DNA from: Phoronis australis | Lineage: Eukaryota > Animalia > Phoronida | Assembly: GCA_002633005.1 (NCBI GenBank) | Contig: NMRA01000078.1 | Location: 252,587-316,586, forward strand | Reading direction: 5' to 3' | Length of the DNA: 64,000 nt | Shown: positions 35,712-47,800 of the stretch, piece by piece | How the letters are laid out: each line of letters starts with the position of its first letter | Numbering within the stretch: position 1 is the stretch's first letter | Program-made: the position numbers and the translations under genes | Notes under the pieces: generated by a model | What the model was told of the DNA's origin: nothing | Database searches by the model: none | What the model saw: only the letters and a program-made list of their open reading frames with translations

Positions 35712-36949
35712 CAACTGGAGATCCAATCTCTTCAGTCAGTTGAAAAGACAGCACTAGGGATTTGCCTGAGGTAGACATTCAAATAGTGAATTTCTACCAA
35801 CTGTCCAATGTTAGGTTAGAACTGCTTGGTGACTGGTAATCAAGTCATGGCATTTACCCAAAATACTGTGAGTCAGTAGGCAGAAATCCAATTATCATTA
35901 CCATATATCTGGGCAATATTCAGTTGACAGTTGGAAGCACACTGACAGGGACGATCGCGACTGTTCTGGTGGACGAAATTTGATCAATTTGTCAGTTCTT
36001 CAATTATGTTACTTTTTTCATTTTTCATTGTCTTTTGTGCTTACAGGGTTTCCCTATTTTGGTATACTAACCTCATGGCCTACTTGGTAACCCAGAAAAT
36101 TTGACAGGTTGCATTTAATGAATGATGTTATACCAAGCATCGAGCCCTGCCAACAAGAACATCATTCATTTCAAGGGTTGAGATTAGGTTAGAATTCTTG
36201 AGATCAAAATGTTTAGTAACACTCTTCTATTTCTGAAGTACAAAAGAAAGTGTAGTCAATGCAAACACTTGATTAACTACACCGATTCTTCTGAATCGTC
36301 GATTGATAATGACTTTCAGCTTTAAACCAATCTAAAGTCTTAGCTACTTGAGCCAGTGGAACCAGTGAAGTCAAACAGGTGCCGTCAGTGGTATGGGGTG
36401 GCCTTTAATTGTCTGTGACTTCAGCCAACCGCATTCCTAAAACTTAAATTTCATGAAGTAAATTTAAATAGATTTTTAATAAGGAGAGTGTCAAATACTT
36501 GTAAAAATATATTAATTATAAGCACATACATTAAAAACGATTGAAACAAAGATTTGAAGTCCATAAAAATTAGACAGTTTCTATATTACAGGATTACCAA
36601 AAATTGCCCTTTCGTTCATGTGATGTCACTCACAGGTCAGGAGCAGATGATCATTTGATGATTGAAAGTCATACTCTAGTCTTAGACTGTACCACCTAAT
36701 CAACTTGACTCCCCACCCCCTTCGTTTCAGCTCCAGTTGAGACGGTGGTACTGTCCAACTCTTACTCTCTACTACTAGTACTAGACTCAGTCTCTACTAG
36801 TACTAGAATATTGCAGGTGATTGCCTAGCCTTTGGTAATGTTGCCGGCAAATTGATTTGACTCGGCAATTAATACAAACACATGCACTCAGGTTCTCTGT
36901 GCAGAGCATTATTAACTACTACTCGCTCTACTGGTATGTCAATTTACCC

Positions 36950-37450
36950 TAATGCGGGACCACTCGTACTTAGCATCTGCATGTACGTGTTTTTAAATCT
37001 CACAAACCGGAAGTATCGTCTGGTGCTGCCACCTTTTAGACAAAATTGTTTTTCGCTCAACAGAAAAATAATGTAGTTCGACAGTAAATAATTGAATATA
37101 ATTCTGTAATGTTACAATCCTGGTAAAAACAAACACAAAAAGTTTTAATTTGCTAAAAATTCTATAATCAAAATGGAGTTCTACTGCATTCATCACAGTG
37201 TAGTCAACAAAATCCAAAGGTTTACGTCAGTCATCACTGTTTTTTAACACCCTCTAAACACACCAATATGGAGACGGCTGCTGCAACGTAGGTACAATTC
37301 TATCGACTGTTTATTTAATATACACGCTGTAAGCAATACCAGAAAAAGTATAAATTTCAGCTGCATTGAAAAATTAAAGTCCTCTTTCTGTAATTTACGA
37401 ATCTGGTTACCAATCAGATGTAATTTTAACATGGTAACCTTGACGGCTAT
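36950..37450. promoter_or_regulatory. Candidate shared (bidirectional) promoter of ANKRD16 and TBC1D30
   Basis: Lies between divergent genes; ETS motif ACCGGAAGT 37006-37014, TTACGTCA ~37222, CCAAT ~37264 and ~37410. Motif evidence only. Confidence 0.3.
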
Positions 37451-39768
37451 CGTCACTGTGCCTGAAACTGTCTGTCAACTCAATTACTCAAAACGATAAA
37501 AGTCAGGTGCCGACAACGCTCATCTCATGACATCTACATGATCTCTCATTCTATCATCATATGACTAATGATCACTTTTTGTCACGTTTTTAACTCGGGC
37601 TCTGAATCTAAAATAATTGTTGAAGCAATAAATTTGTACTTTAAGATTGCCTGTTGTCCTACACCTTACTTCATCATCTCAAACAAAGGTCAGAGGTCAG
37701 AGTCAATGAGACTTTGACTAGACAACTTCGAGTTGTTTAGCAAGTGTAGTAGCTGCACTGAACACTGTAAAGCATGGGACATACATTGATTGGAAAAAAA
37801 CTGAAGCACCAGTAGTTAATTATAAACACATGGCAGATATCATGGGAAATTGTAAAGACCTCTTGTAATCACTCACCATCCTTGTCTAGATGTTGTGTCA
37901 TCCTTGCATTTGGGCCTGTCAGCCAGAGAGACATTGTCTATTGTCGAAGTGTTCAGAGAGGTATATCGGACCTAAATGATGCAACTGTGAATGGAAATGT
38001 TCTTTCCAACATTCCCCTTGATCGTGCGGAACTGGCATCAACTACCGTGCTGAATCATAGAATAACCCCTTGCTGTGACTGCGTCCCCCCATCACAAGGA
38101 ATGACACGTTGGATCCGCCATGTGGACTTTGGTTGGCCCCCTGTCTACCCACCTCTCAAGGACGTGTGCACATCTTGTCTACTCTGTACTTGTGAACCGA
38201 GCTGTAGTTTGGTGCCTGGGTAAAAAGTCACATCTGTGTAGAGACCCTAATTTTCAAGCGTAAAAGAAAACGAACATAATTCACGTAATCTGGCTTCTTT
38301 CAAGAAATTAGAGGTTTCCTGCTTACTTCACATATTTCAGTGGCAGATGCCACAATTCTTTTTTTTTCGGTTTTTAATCACCAAAAATTATTCTCCATCA
38401 ATTTCCAAGATTCTGGACACAGTTCAAACGATGATTATTGTGCAGTCAACATGTTCAAGCTGTTCATTTTTTTCTGAAGATGGTGCTGTTTCTTTTTTCG
38501 TTTGAGAAACAATTAATTAAACGGACTGCTATTCATTGGCAAAACAGAGCTGCAGCATAATTCAATGGAAAAAGTAAAATAATCCCTAGGTCATTTTTAT
38601 GTGGTATTTAAAGAAAATTTAATAAATAAATTTACAAAATGTAAAAAAAATGGATTTTTTTCTTTGCTTATACTAATTTCTTTGTTTTTTGGAAACAGAA
38701 AATCAGGGTATCCGTTGCTGTATCCCAGGTTGTAACAGCGAATTTCTCTGAATTTTGAGAAGTGACTGGTTTTGGTTTTATTCTGTGTTTTAGAGAAATA
38801 TTTATCATGTACCGTAAAGCACCAAAACGGTTTGAAGATTATGTTTTCAAAATTTTTTATCGTTGGGAAGATGAGCGAGTACCGTTTGTAATGGTCCACT
38901 TGATGAACAAAATTATGAAAGTTCTGAGCAGCAACTTTCCCGGGAAATGGTGATTTATATAGTGAAAAAAATATTACAAAGGTTATGAGTAATCGTCATG
39001 TATTTGCATTTGTCCAAAAACTATGGAATTGATAAAAGTATATTGTTTCTGAAAGTAGAAAATTGGATAATGGTTGAATATAACATTCTGGAATTTTGAG
39101 AACCGGTTTTCTCCACTGAATAACTGGTTCTCAAAATCTGCGCACGTTATCTCCAACTATTGCTGAAAATTGTTTGATCAATTTTAAGCATTTTCTTAAG
39201 TACAGCAATTCTTCACAAACATCGCACATAATAACGGGAGATGATTGAAATTCTATTTTGCCAAATTTCTTCCCAAAAATCAAGGTTATGAAAGTTATGG
39301 TCTGTTACGAACATAGTTTTGGTACTGGGCGGATGTCATGAAACAACAGTTGGTAAAATTTCCGCCGTTGCTAGCAAGCCATGGTAGCCAGCCTTTGGTA
39401 AATGGAAAAATTGCAGTTTTGACAATTATTTTTGTGCATAACAAGTTTAGAATTACCTTATAAAAGACAAAAAAATTTTAAATTAAATTCAGTAACAGTA
39501 AACAATGCTTCTCTTATTGAATCACTTGTCTTGCGGCTGTCATTCTTTAGCTGACTGGTTAAGACGCCAGACTTTGGGGTTGGGATTTGGACGTTTGATA
39601 TCATGCTGGACCAAGAGTAGTTATCAGCATTAACAGGCGGATTGGGTTTGTGGCAGTGTTTTTTTCCGAATACGTTTGCAATTCCGTTATACGACTTATT
39701 GGCGTTGTATTATATACTTTGAAATCTGTTGTCTTCGAATGATTTCATGAGTTTGCACGGGAAGGATG

Positions 39769-39924
39769 CATAGGTGGATTGAGGGAAATCAAGGGGGTCA
39801 GGACACCCTTTTTTCCTTTGATTTCAGTGATATCTCATCTAGAATTTTCAAAGTGTTGACTTGTATCCCTTTTTAAAAAATCCTTTATCTGACCCCCTTT
39901 TCTAAAATCCTGGATCCGCCCCTG
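39769..39924. mobile_element. MITE with CAGGGGCGGATCCAGG-type TIR and 5-bp TSD
   Basis: Ends cataggtggatt / cctggatccgcccctg; TSD GGATG at 39764-39768 and 39925-39929; reverse complement of 2834-2993. Confidence 0.8.
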
Positions 39925-41516
39925 GGATGTATGACCGTCAGTCATCCCGGTTTCATACTCTTGCCATCTTGATCTCTACAAAGGAAAGACCCATCATGTT
40001 TAAGGTCTCTGCTTGATTACTGGTTTGTCATTTGCTTGTCTCAATGGCACGTCATAAAATTGTCTCAAAAGCTTTTAAAATTGGTGTGATGTTTGTTTTC
40101 CTATAATATGACCTGGGAGAACATTTCTAAAGGTTGTTGACAGTCAACCATGCTTTTTTGTCCAAGTCAGTGTCCATGCTGTTAGAGACAGTCTTAGGTC
40201 ATTCCAAAAAGTAAGTTTTAAAATTACTCTTGTTTGTTTATTCACCAAATAGTTCATGACAATGACAGATTTATACTGTACATCTCTGATGAACAGTTGA
40301 TTGGTCATAGACATCTGCCTATCAGAAAACCCAAATTTTTCTTGCTGGCTCAAAAGTTGACCGACAGACATTTTATCTTGATATCCAAAACATGTTAGAA
40401 ATTTCTCAGAGTTTCATGCTGAATCATTGAGACAACCCATCATACATGAACTCATTTCTGTTTTGCATGTTTTGAAAAAGACACAAAATAGCCATTGCAT
40501 GTAACTTGAGCCGCACAGAATTGTTTACTTTGAATCTTTTTATTATTATTCCATGACTCGTTGATGTTGTGTCTCCTGTGCTTTCTGAGTTCAGGCTAAC
40601 ATTATTTATTATGTAAATTATAATAATCAATGGTTCTGGACCAACTGGTTATTAAGTTCTGGTCCCTGTAGAAATTTGCCTGTCATTTAAATTTACGTTG
40701 ACTTTCTTGGTTGAAAGTTGAGGCCACGACGTATGACCTTGTCGGATGGTACACATTAAAGCTAGCAAGTTCAGTGTCACGTAAGTTGGGACCTAGAGGC
40801 CTCGGCAAGGTGCGAGTTAATTCGTTCGTATGTCACGCTTATAATGATTTGGTGACTGTGGATGGAAGTTATCCATACTTATCCCAAAAACCATCGGAGT
40901 TAAATGAATAAATAAAATTTATGAACTCTTTCAAATAGAAATGAAGAAAGTCAACACTGAACAAAATTCAGGACAGCATTATGCAGCGGTACACGAGTAG
41001 TAAAAATACTTATTCATGGCGGCACACATGAAAGTGGTTTAAGATTGCCTAAACACGTGTTATTGGATGGATCTTACTGAAGCTATTATAATGAACAAAT
41101 AGTAAAACGCATACCATTCGTTTAATTTCTACCGCCATGCAATCGAACTTCGCTATATCGCTTCTGAATTGCTGACATTCAGTTTCCAAGGTATTTTTGC
41201 TTTCATTTGATTATTACAAATGCGCAAAACTTGCAACGTTTAATTGCTTTGTGTGTAGATTTGTTGATTAGTTCAATGTAATAGCTAAAATATTTTGCCA
41301 GTCCGAGGCATCGGTGGACATATTAAATGATTCCGGTCTGACTTAAAAAAGCCTAGTAAAATACTGGTATTAACCGGTAAACGCACACAATGTCTGATAA
41401 TGATTAACATATAAATAATGGCTCTGTGTCTGATTCATTCTGTTTGTTTTTAGGTGGCTACACTAGCTGTGAAATGCATGGGAGTTTGCTAGCAGTATCT
41501 TTTTACTGTTGTGAAG

Positions 41517-41817
41517 ATGGCGAGTGAGGTGTGTCACAACAACCAGTCGTACGATGGCCAAACCACTGGCGACAGAGGCGTAGCTGACACCAAGAGAGGT
41601 CACTACCGGCAACAGAGTGCGGAGAGCCGGTCGTCAATTGTCGACGATTTATTGTTTGAGATTTACGAGCGCTGGCATTACTCCCATCGAGATAGCTTGG
41701 ACAGTGATACCTTTACAGAGTACTCGAGTGCTGAGGTCCTATCTCACAGTCGTCATAGCTACCACTGGGCGGAGCGTGAGGACAATTGCCTGTCACAGTC
41801 TCAGCTACAAGCTAAAA
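41517..41817 (+). CDS. TBC1D30: TBC1D30 first coding exon
   Basis: Acceptor ttttag ends 41453; aagATGg at 41517 with in-frame stop upstream; donor gtaagt at 41818. Confidence 0.8.
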
Positions 41818-44800
41818 GTAAGTCAACAAATTGTATGGACTTGAAATCTTAATCCTACGGACTTAGTCTCATTTTTCTGTTCTACTTAATTCCTCGGTCT
41901 CGTACGACGCTCATCCAATCAGGTTGTGGCAGATAAATGGGTCATATCAACCTACAGTTGGGCTATTGTCTGGGGAATGTTGAGATTGTTGTACGTCCGG
42001 GCGTCAGCGTCAAAAATCTGCCATTGCTGCAATTGATAGGATAAAATATTGCCTGATCACGTTAATCATTTGAAGAAAACTCCATCTGTGGGATTGGCCG
42101 AGCTTCGCTTGGTATGTGACCACTCATAAGGATGTAATCTGGTGCTTTTATGAAAACATGATCAAACAGACAAGAAAATAATACGAGTTTTCTCTTGCGT
42201 AGGACCTAACAGTCTTCAAATACTAAGTTATATTTTGTATTCACCTTGACCTAAATCATAATATACAATAAAATCTCACCGATTTAGGACACAACATGGC
42301 GGACAAGTGAAATTTTTTTTCACAAGTGATTAGTAACATAGTAGTACTTTGCGATTCTTTACTTAAACTACGATCAGACAACATTTGGATAAATTTTGGG
42401 AACTCACAACAATGTAAGATACCATTGAAAAATGGAAAAAGACAATTTTGGCAAGACAAGTTTTTCGAAATAACCACGCCACACTAAAATTCACTATCCT
42501 GCCAGGCGGTGATCAGGCCTTTGGTGGAAAGGCGTTCAGTGCCATCTACAGATCCCATGTAACGCGGACGGGAGGTTTTTAATTTGCTGGCATGAAAAGT
42601 GTTTTAACACCTTTCCTGCTATCATGATGCCAGCAAATTTTCTCTGATGTGCACTGGGATGTACAGAATGATGCGTTACGTAAATAGGCAAACCTCTTGA
42701 AATATGCATGGATGAAGGGCATCATGTCTCATGTGTTTCCCACCGTGAAAAAGAATCCGCGGCTGCATAATCAGTGGCGCGGGAGAATTCAAATCGTAGC
42801 CGATGCTAAAAAGCTAAAAGAAATAAGTGAACTTGGCCTAATTAAATAATGGGAGAGTTGACTATGTGATTTATTTCTCTGTTTTTAAATGAACGAACCA
42901 CTATGTGTCAGTGAATTTCTGTCCACCAGGTCTGAGCTGGGGTCAAGTGTAAGACCGTCTCAGTCTCATTACTCTAGAGAGGGTAATATGATGATAAGTA
43001 GAACAGAAAATATCATAACTTTCTCGCAGTTGGGATTCAAGCTCTAGTTAAGACAGTTTATGTCAATCCCTGATGCGCTGTTAACACTTCAGAAGTTGAT
43101 ACAGAGCAGTTGCCATGGTAATACTATATGTGTAAACAGAAGTTGACATGACTGAATATGTCAGTGCCGTGTCAATATTATCGCCATCTTTTGGGTCTTA
43201 CACAAAATTATCTTGTTCCGCGTTAACTATATGTCTTAGTATGAAAGTGAGGCTTAAGTGTACGTGCGGATGATTATTTTCCCGCTATATCTATGACTTC
43301 CTGTCGTTGCCTTTTACGAGACTTTTAGTTCAACCATTGCCTGGTACGGTACTTGTTTTTCTGTCTCAAAATATGCAAAATCTCTATCTCAACCTCAGCT
43401 AAAACTCACCATTTGTAATCTGTGAGCATGCGCATTTCACTTTCCTAACGAAAATGTTTGCCTTGCCACTTTTCAAGGCTTGTAATTTTTCTCTTTTAAG
43501 AGAGTTTCCTCTGTTTCGCTTTCAATTTCCTCGTATTTGATTTCCAGTTACCTCTTTTTTGTCTCTTTTTTCATCATTATTTTGACTTTATCCATGCAAA
43601 AATGTGTATTTCAGTTAAATTTTACAACGCAAAAAAATCTATCTATTTGTGGAACGACACGTCCCTGGAAATTTCCTCTCTTTTGTCATTGGTCAAATTC
43701 CAAGCCGTGACTGTTTCTGTGTCCTGTGAGTAAATGGCTGCTCGGCATGGCTAACCTTGAACTGTATCAATTTGTGCAATGTCACAATTAACAGGGCTTG
43801 AGGTAGTACGTCTAAAGTCAGGTGTGGGTGGTCAACAGGTGTTTTTCATTGTTGAGCCAGCGTTGGTTCAGTCAAGCTTCCCTTGGTTATAATTATATCT
43901 TTTATAGTGTTTTCATGTCCTTCACTGAACTTGACTCACTGGCAGTCCTGACCTAGTGTCAGACTGTTACATAGTAAGCTTACAAAAATTGTTATTTATT
44001 CCCAAAGATTTTATTGATTTTTTGACACTTAGGTATCGCTAGGGATTGTTCGCTTGCTACCCATAAATACACTTACTAATAAGTAATAAGAGTGAATTGT
44101 ACAAGGTTTTTCTGTCCATCGAAGTGAACCGTAGGTCTCAAATTTATTGTCCATTGTGGTAATGTACAATTTTCCACTATTTCTCACCAATTTGCTTTGT
44201 TCGCCAATAATTGTGTGATTGGTTTAACCCCAAGACTGAGTTTCACAGTTTTGCCTGAAAGCTAGAATCAGGCATCAGGTGGTGGTGGATAAAAATAATA
44301 ATGGTCCTGACTCATTTCATGTGGCATCAGGTAACTTTTTGAAAATAAAGACCTCTAAAATATCTCATCATTGCGCCAAAAAACGCAGAACTGAAACAAG
44401 CATGCTATTTTTGACTTAAATAAAGTACACGCTATGCCGTTCAAATGTTGGTAACGAAAGAACTTAAAAGTTCAACAACATTGTTCGACCATTTGTTGTG
44501 TTCTCAGACACTTAATTTATCTTTCTCTGACCAATGTCCTGAGGGTGATAATAATAACCCATATATCACTGTTTTGCCGTACTTTGAAATTGAAGCTTCA
44601 TCATACAGGTACAGTTAAACCAGCAAAATAGGTTGAGCTTGTGCCAATATTTAAAACTTTTTTGTCTACAAATTGAATAGAGCTTGCTGAAATTTAAATA
44701 AATGTTTTTAAAACCGATAAAATTTTGAGGTATGTATGTCGAGTGTTCCCAACAAATTTTGGGACCGCTGTAAAGTGCGAAGTTCACTTGAGCATTCCCA

Positions 44801-47800
44801 TTTGCTTTGAACAGACATCGGGTTATTGCTAGGTGACGCTATTGTCTTAGAAGTTATCACAAGGTGATGTAATATGACCTTCACCATTGTCGCATCAGTG
44901 ACCCCTGGCCGATAACTTTGATGGACACTGAAGTTGAGCATTTCCACTGTAGCGATGTGCTGCTTCACTTTTAAATTCACCTGTTTACTGTGAAGTAAAC
45001 TTGAGCTCTTAATTTCGATCCAAGACTGGATTTAAGCATTCCTACTGGTCAACACTCCCTTAAACACAACCAAAAAGTAGACATTAGTGGGAAATGCCTT
45101 CATGATTGACTTGATTGGAAAGGTACATCCTCTCACTCAACTCAGTCTGTCGAAAGACAACTTCGGTAGCACATTACATTTTTGTTGAAATCCTTTACAA
45201 GTTGGCAAAAACCTCCATGATTACTGACAATGGAAACGCACCAGACATTAAATGTTTAGTTACAGGAAAGTTCTCTACAGTCATCTGTTTTTTTTTAACC
45301 ACCCACAGCAAGTTGACAGGTGGTGACTGGTTGCTAATTGATTCGTTTGTAAACAGCAACCTTTAGTTGTCTAGACAACCTGTCTAATAAATCTCATCCC
45401 TACTACTGAGAGTGGGAATTTGCCTTGTGAAATAATCCAGTTACTAGCTTATAATGGATAGGGACATTGTTGGGATGTGTCTAGTTATGGTCTGTGTAAT
45501 TATTCTCCCATGTCAGGACGAGTTCTGGGAACTCGCTCACTTCATTAGAATAATGGATCAATAATAGTCTGTAAATGTTGATGTGTATGGTTCTATGTCA
45601 CTGCACTTATACTGCTTGCTTAATTGGATATGTCCTGAAATATGTGGGTCAGTTTGGAAATGGTTATACAGTAAAAAGTCTCGAATTTTGGGAGGTTGAA
45701 AAATTAATTTTTTCACTCAAGGTCGTTCCAAATTCTAGAAGTAGGCAATGGTGGTGTCCCAAATTCAAGATTCACCAGAAAAATGTATAATTACCCACCG
45801 GAAATTGAGAAGTACGATGAATGCCAAAATCGACTTTTTCCCAAAATCCAGAATTAAGAAAATTCATTTTTTTCGGGAGTTTCCGTGTCCCGAATTTTAG
45901 AGACTGTACCAAATCGGAGAATTTTTGCTGTAGTAAGTCATTGCTTAATGATTTGTTTATTTTATAATGACACCTTAGAAAAACTTTAGGGTATCTTGAT
46001 AAGATTCTTATCTTTGTCATTTTATTAACAAAGCATTATGGGATTTGTCTGTGTCATTTTCTTTGCAGGCATTGTTGAACTGAGGTCACTACTGACTGAC
46101 CTCCAGCATCGGGCCAATCAGCTATCAGCACAGCTCATAAAACAGTTAAAGAGACGAGATAGGCAGAAGGCTCGCATACAGAAGAACAGCGATGTTGTCA
46201 CGGCGATACTACAGGCAGCTTCGCAGAAACGAAGTAAGCAAAGTCATATTGGGTTTTCCTCCCACCATAATCATTCTCAGAATGTCTGAGCTGTCTTAAG
46301 TACTGCCGAAATTGGCAACTTTGGACAAAAATTGCCTCAAAAGCATCTCCTCTCTCTTATTTCTGACCATGAGATTGTTCAACTCTTAGTTGGTTCCCAC
46401 TCAAAACTTTCCCTTTAACTTGATCTTACTGAAAATGACCTTGAAGTGATAGGGTCGTTAGGTACAGGGTGCTGTTGTTCTGAATGTTTGGGTCAAACAC
46501 CAAAGGTCAGATAGCAAGTTGGACAATCTGTAACCTTGTTCACTAACTTGAGTGCTTCACTAGATTCATTGTTATGGATTGTTATCCAAAATTACGTTAA
46601 GAAACATTGAAGTGCGCTTAGTTATCCGATTTAGAAAAGCAACTTTGCTGAATTGTTAGTATGAACGTAGCGAGATGGTTTTTTTATTTTAACCATCGTG
46701 TAGCAATCTGCTGGAGTCACGTTATTATCCACCTCACCACGGTCTTCTTTAGTAGACTAACAGAGCTCGAACATTTTTCATTTCTTTCTTAAACAGCCTA
46801 GTCATAATGCCACCTGTGGACTGTGATGTGTAACAAGTAAGTTGAATGATGTGACTAGCGCCCCCTGTCTCAATCTGCTGTACTAAATATTGATGACATC
46901 TCCATGTTTAAGAGGCACTCATCATTGCTTAAAGTATCAGAAATCTTGTTAGTCGAAAGAGATACCACGGGATGTCGACCTTGTCAACTATCGAAATTCC
47001 GCCATAGTTTTGATCACATCTTGATAGGTTAACATAAAAATCTGAAGTGATCTGACCTGAAACAAATCTTCTGAAGTTAATTTTAAACATTCGAATTTAC
47101 TATTTGGTATAGATAACGAAACACATCAACCGTTACATTTCAGTTTTGGTTTCATGCAATCGAGGTGTCCTGTACGCAGTTTTCTCTTTGAAAATACCAG
47201 TACTGCTACCAAAACGTTAGTCTGAATTTTAAAGCTGGAATGTAGAATGTCTCAATTTGCAGCTAACAATTTTGACTTTAAGCGAATGCCTGTTTAACTG
47301 TAGAGTCTTCCATATCACGTTGCCTTCATTTCCTGGTCACAGCTTAGTTGTTCACTTCCGTAAGCGATCCTCTTGATTGAGGAATACACCTGCACGTGAC
47401 CTCTTTTGTGTCCGATTTTACCCAAAAGCGAATTGGAATATCTCTAAAATAGACGTGATTACACTTGTTTGCAAGAGTTAGCGTATAATTTCGTTTTTAT
47501 GCATTCTGTTGTGCGGTAGTGGAGTGTTAGAGGTCAACTTAGTTCCTTGTGTATTGCATGCTTGCATCCGCAGATGGAGGTAGAACTCTATCTCGGCACT
47601 TTTTAGTGCACATGTACTTAACTTAGCTATTATTAAGTCCCTGTAAGCCACATTCTGGAGTCATAAAACAACTTTTTGCAGGCACATGTGCTTTTTCAAA
47701 GCAAGTTCATCATTACCTTCTTTTGTTTGAGTTGACGTTAGGTTAAATAAATCATCGGTTACTACCACGACAGCCATGCAACTGAGACACCTGAAACTAA

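Noticed and set aside
37882-38223. 113-aa ORF as a stand-alone gene
   Set aside because: TTG start, no recognisable domain; better treated as a possible 5' UTR exon of TBC1D30
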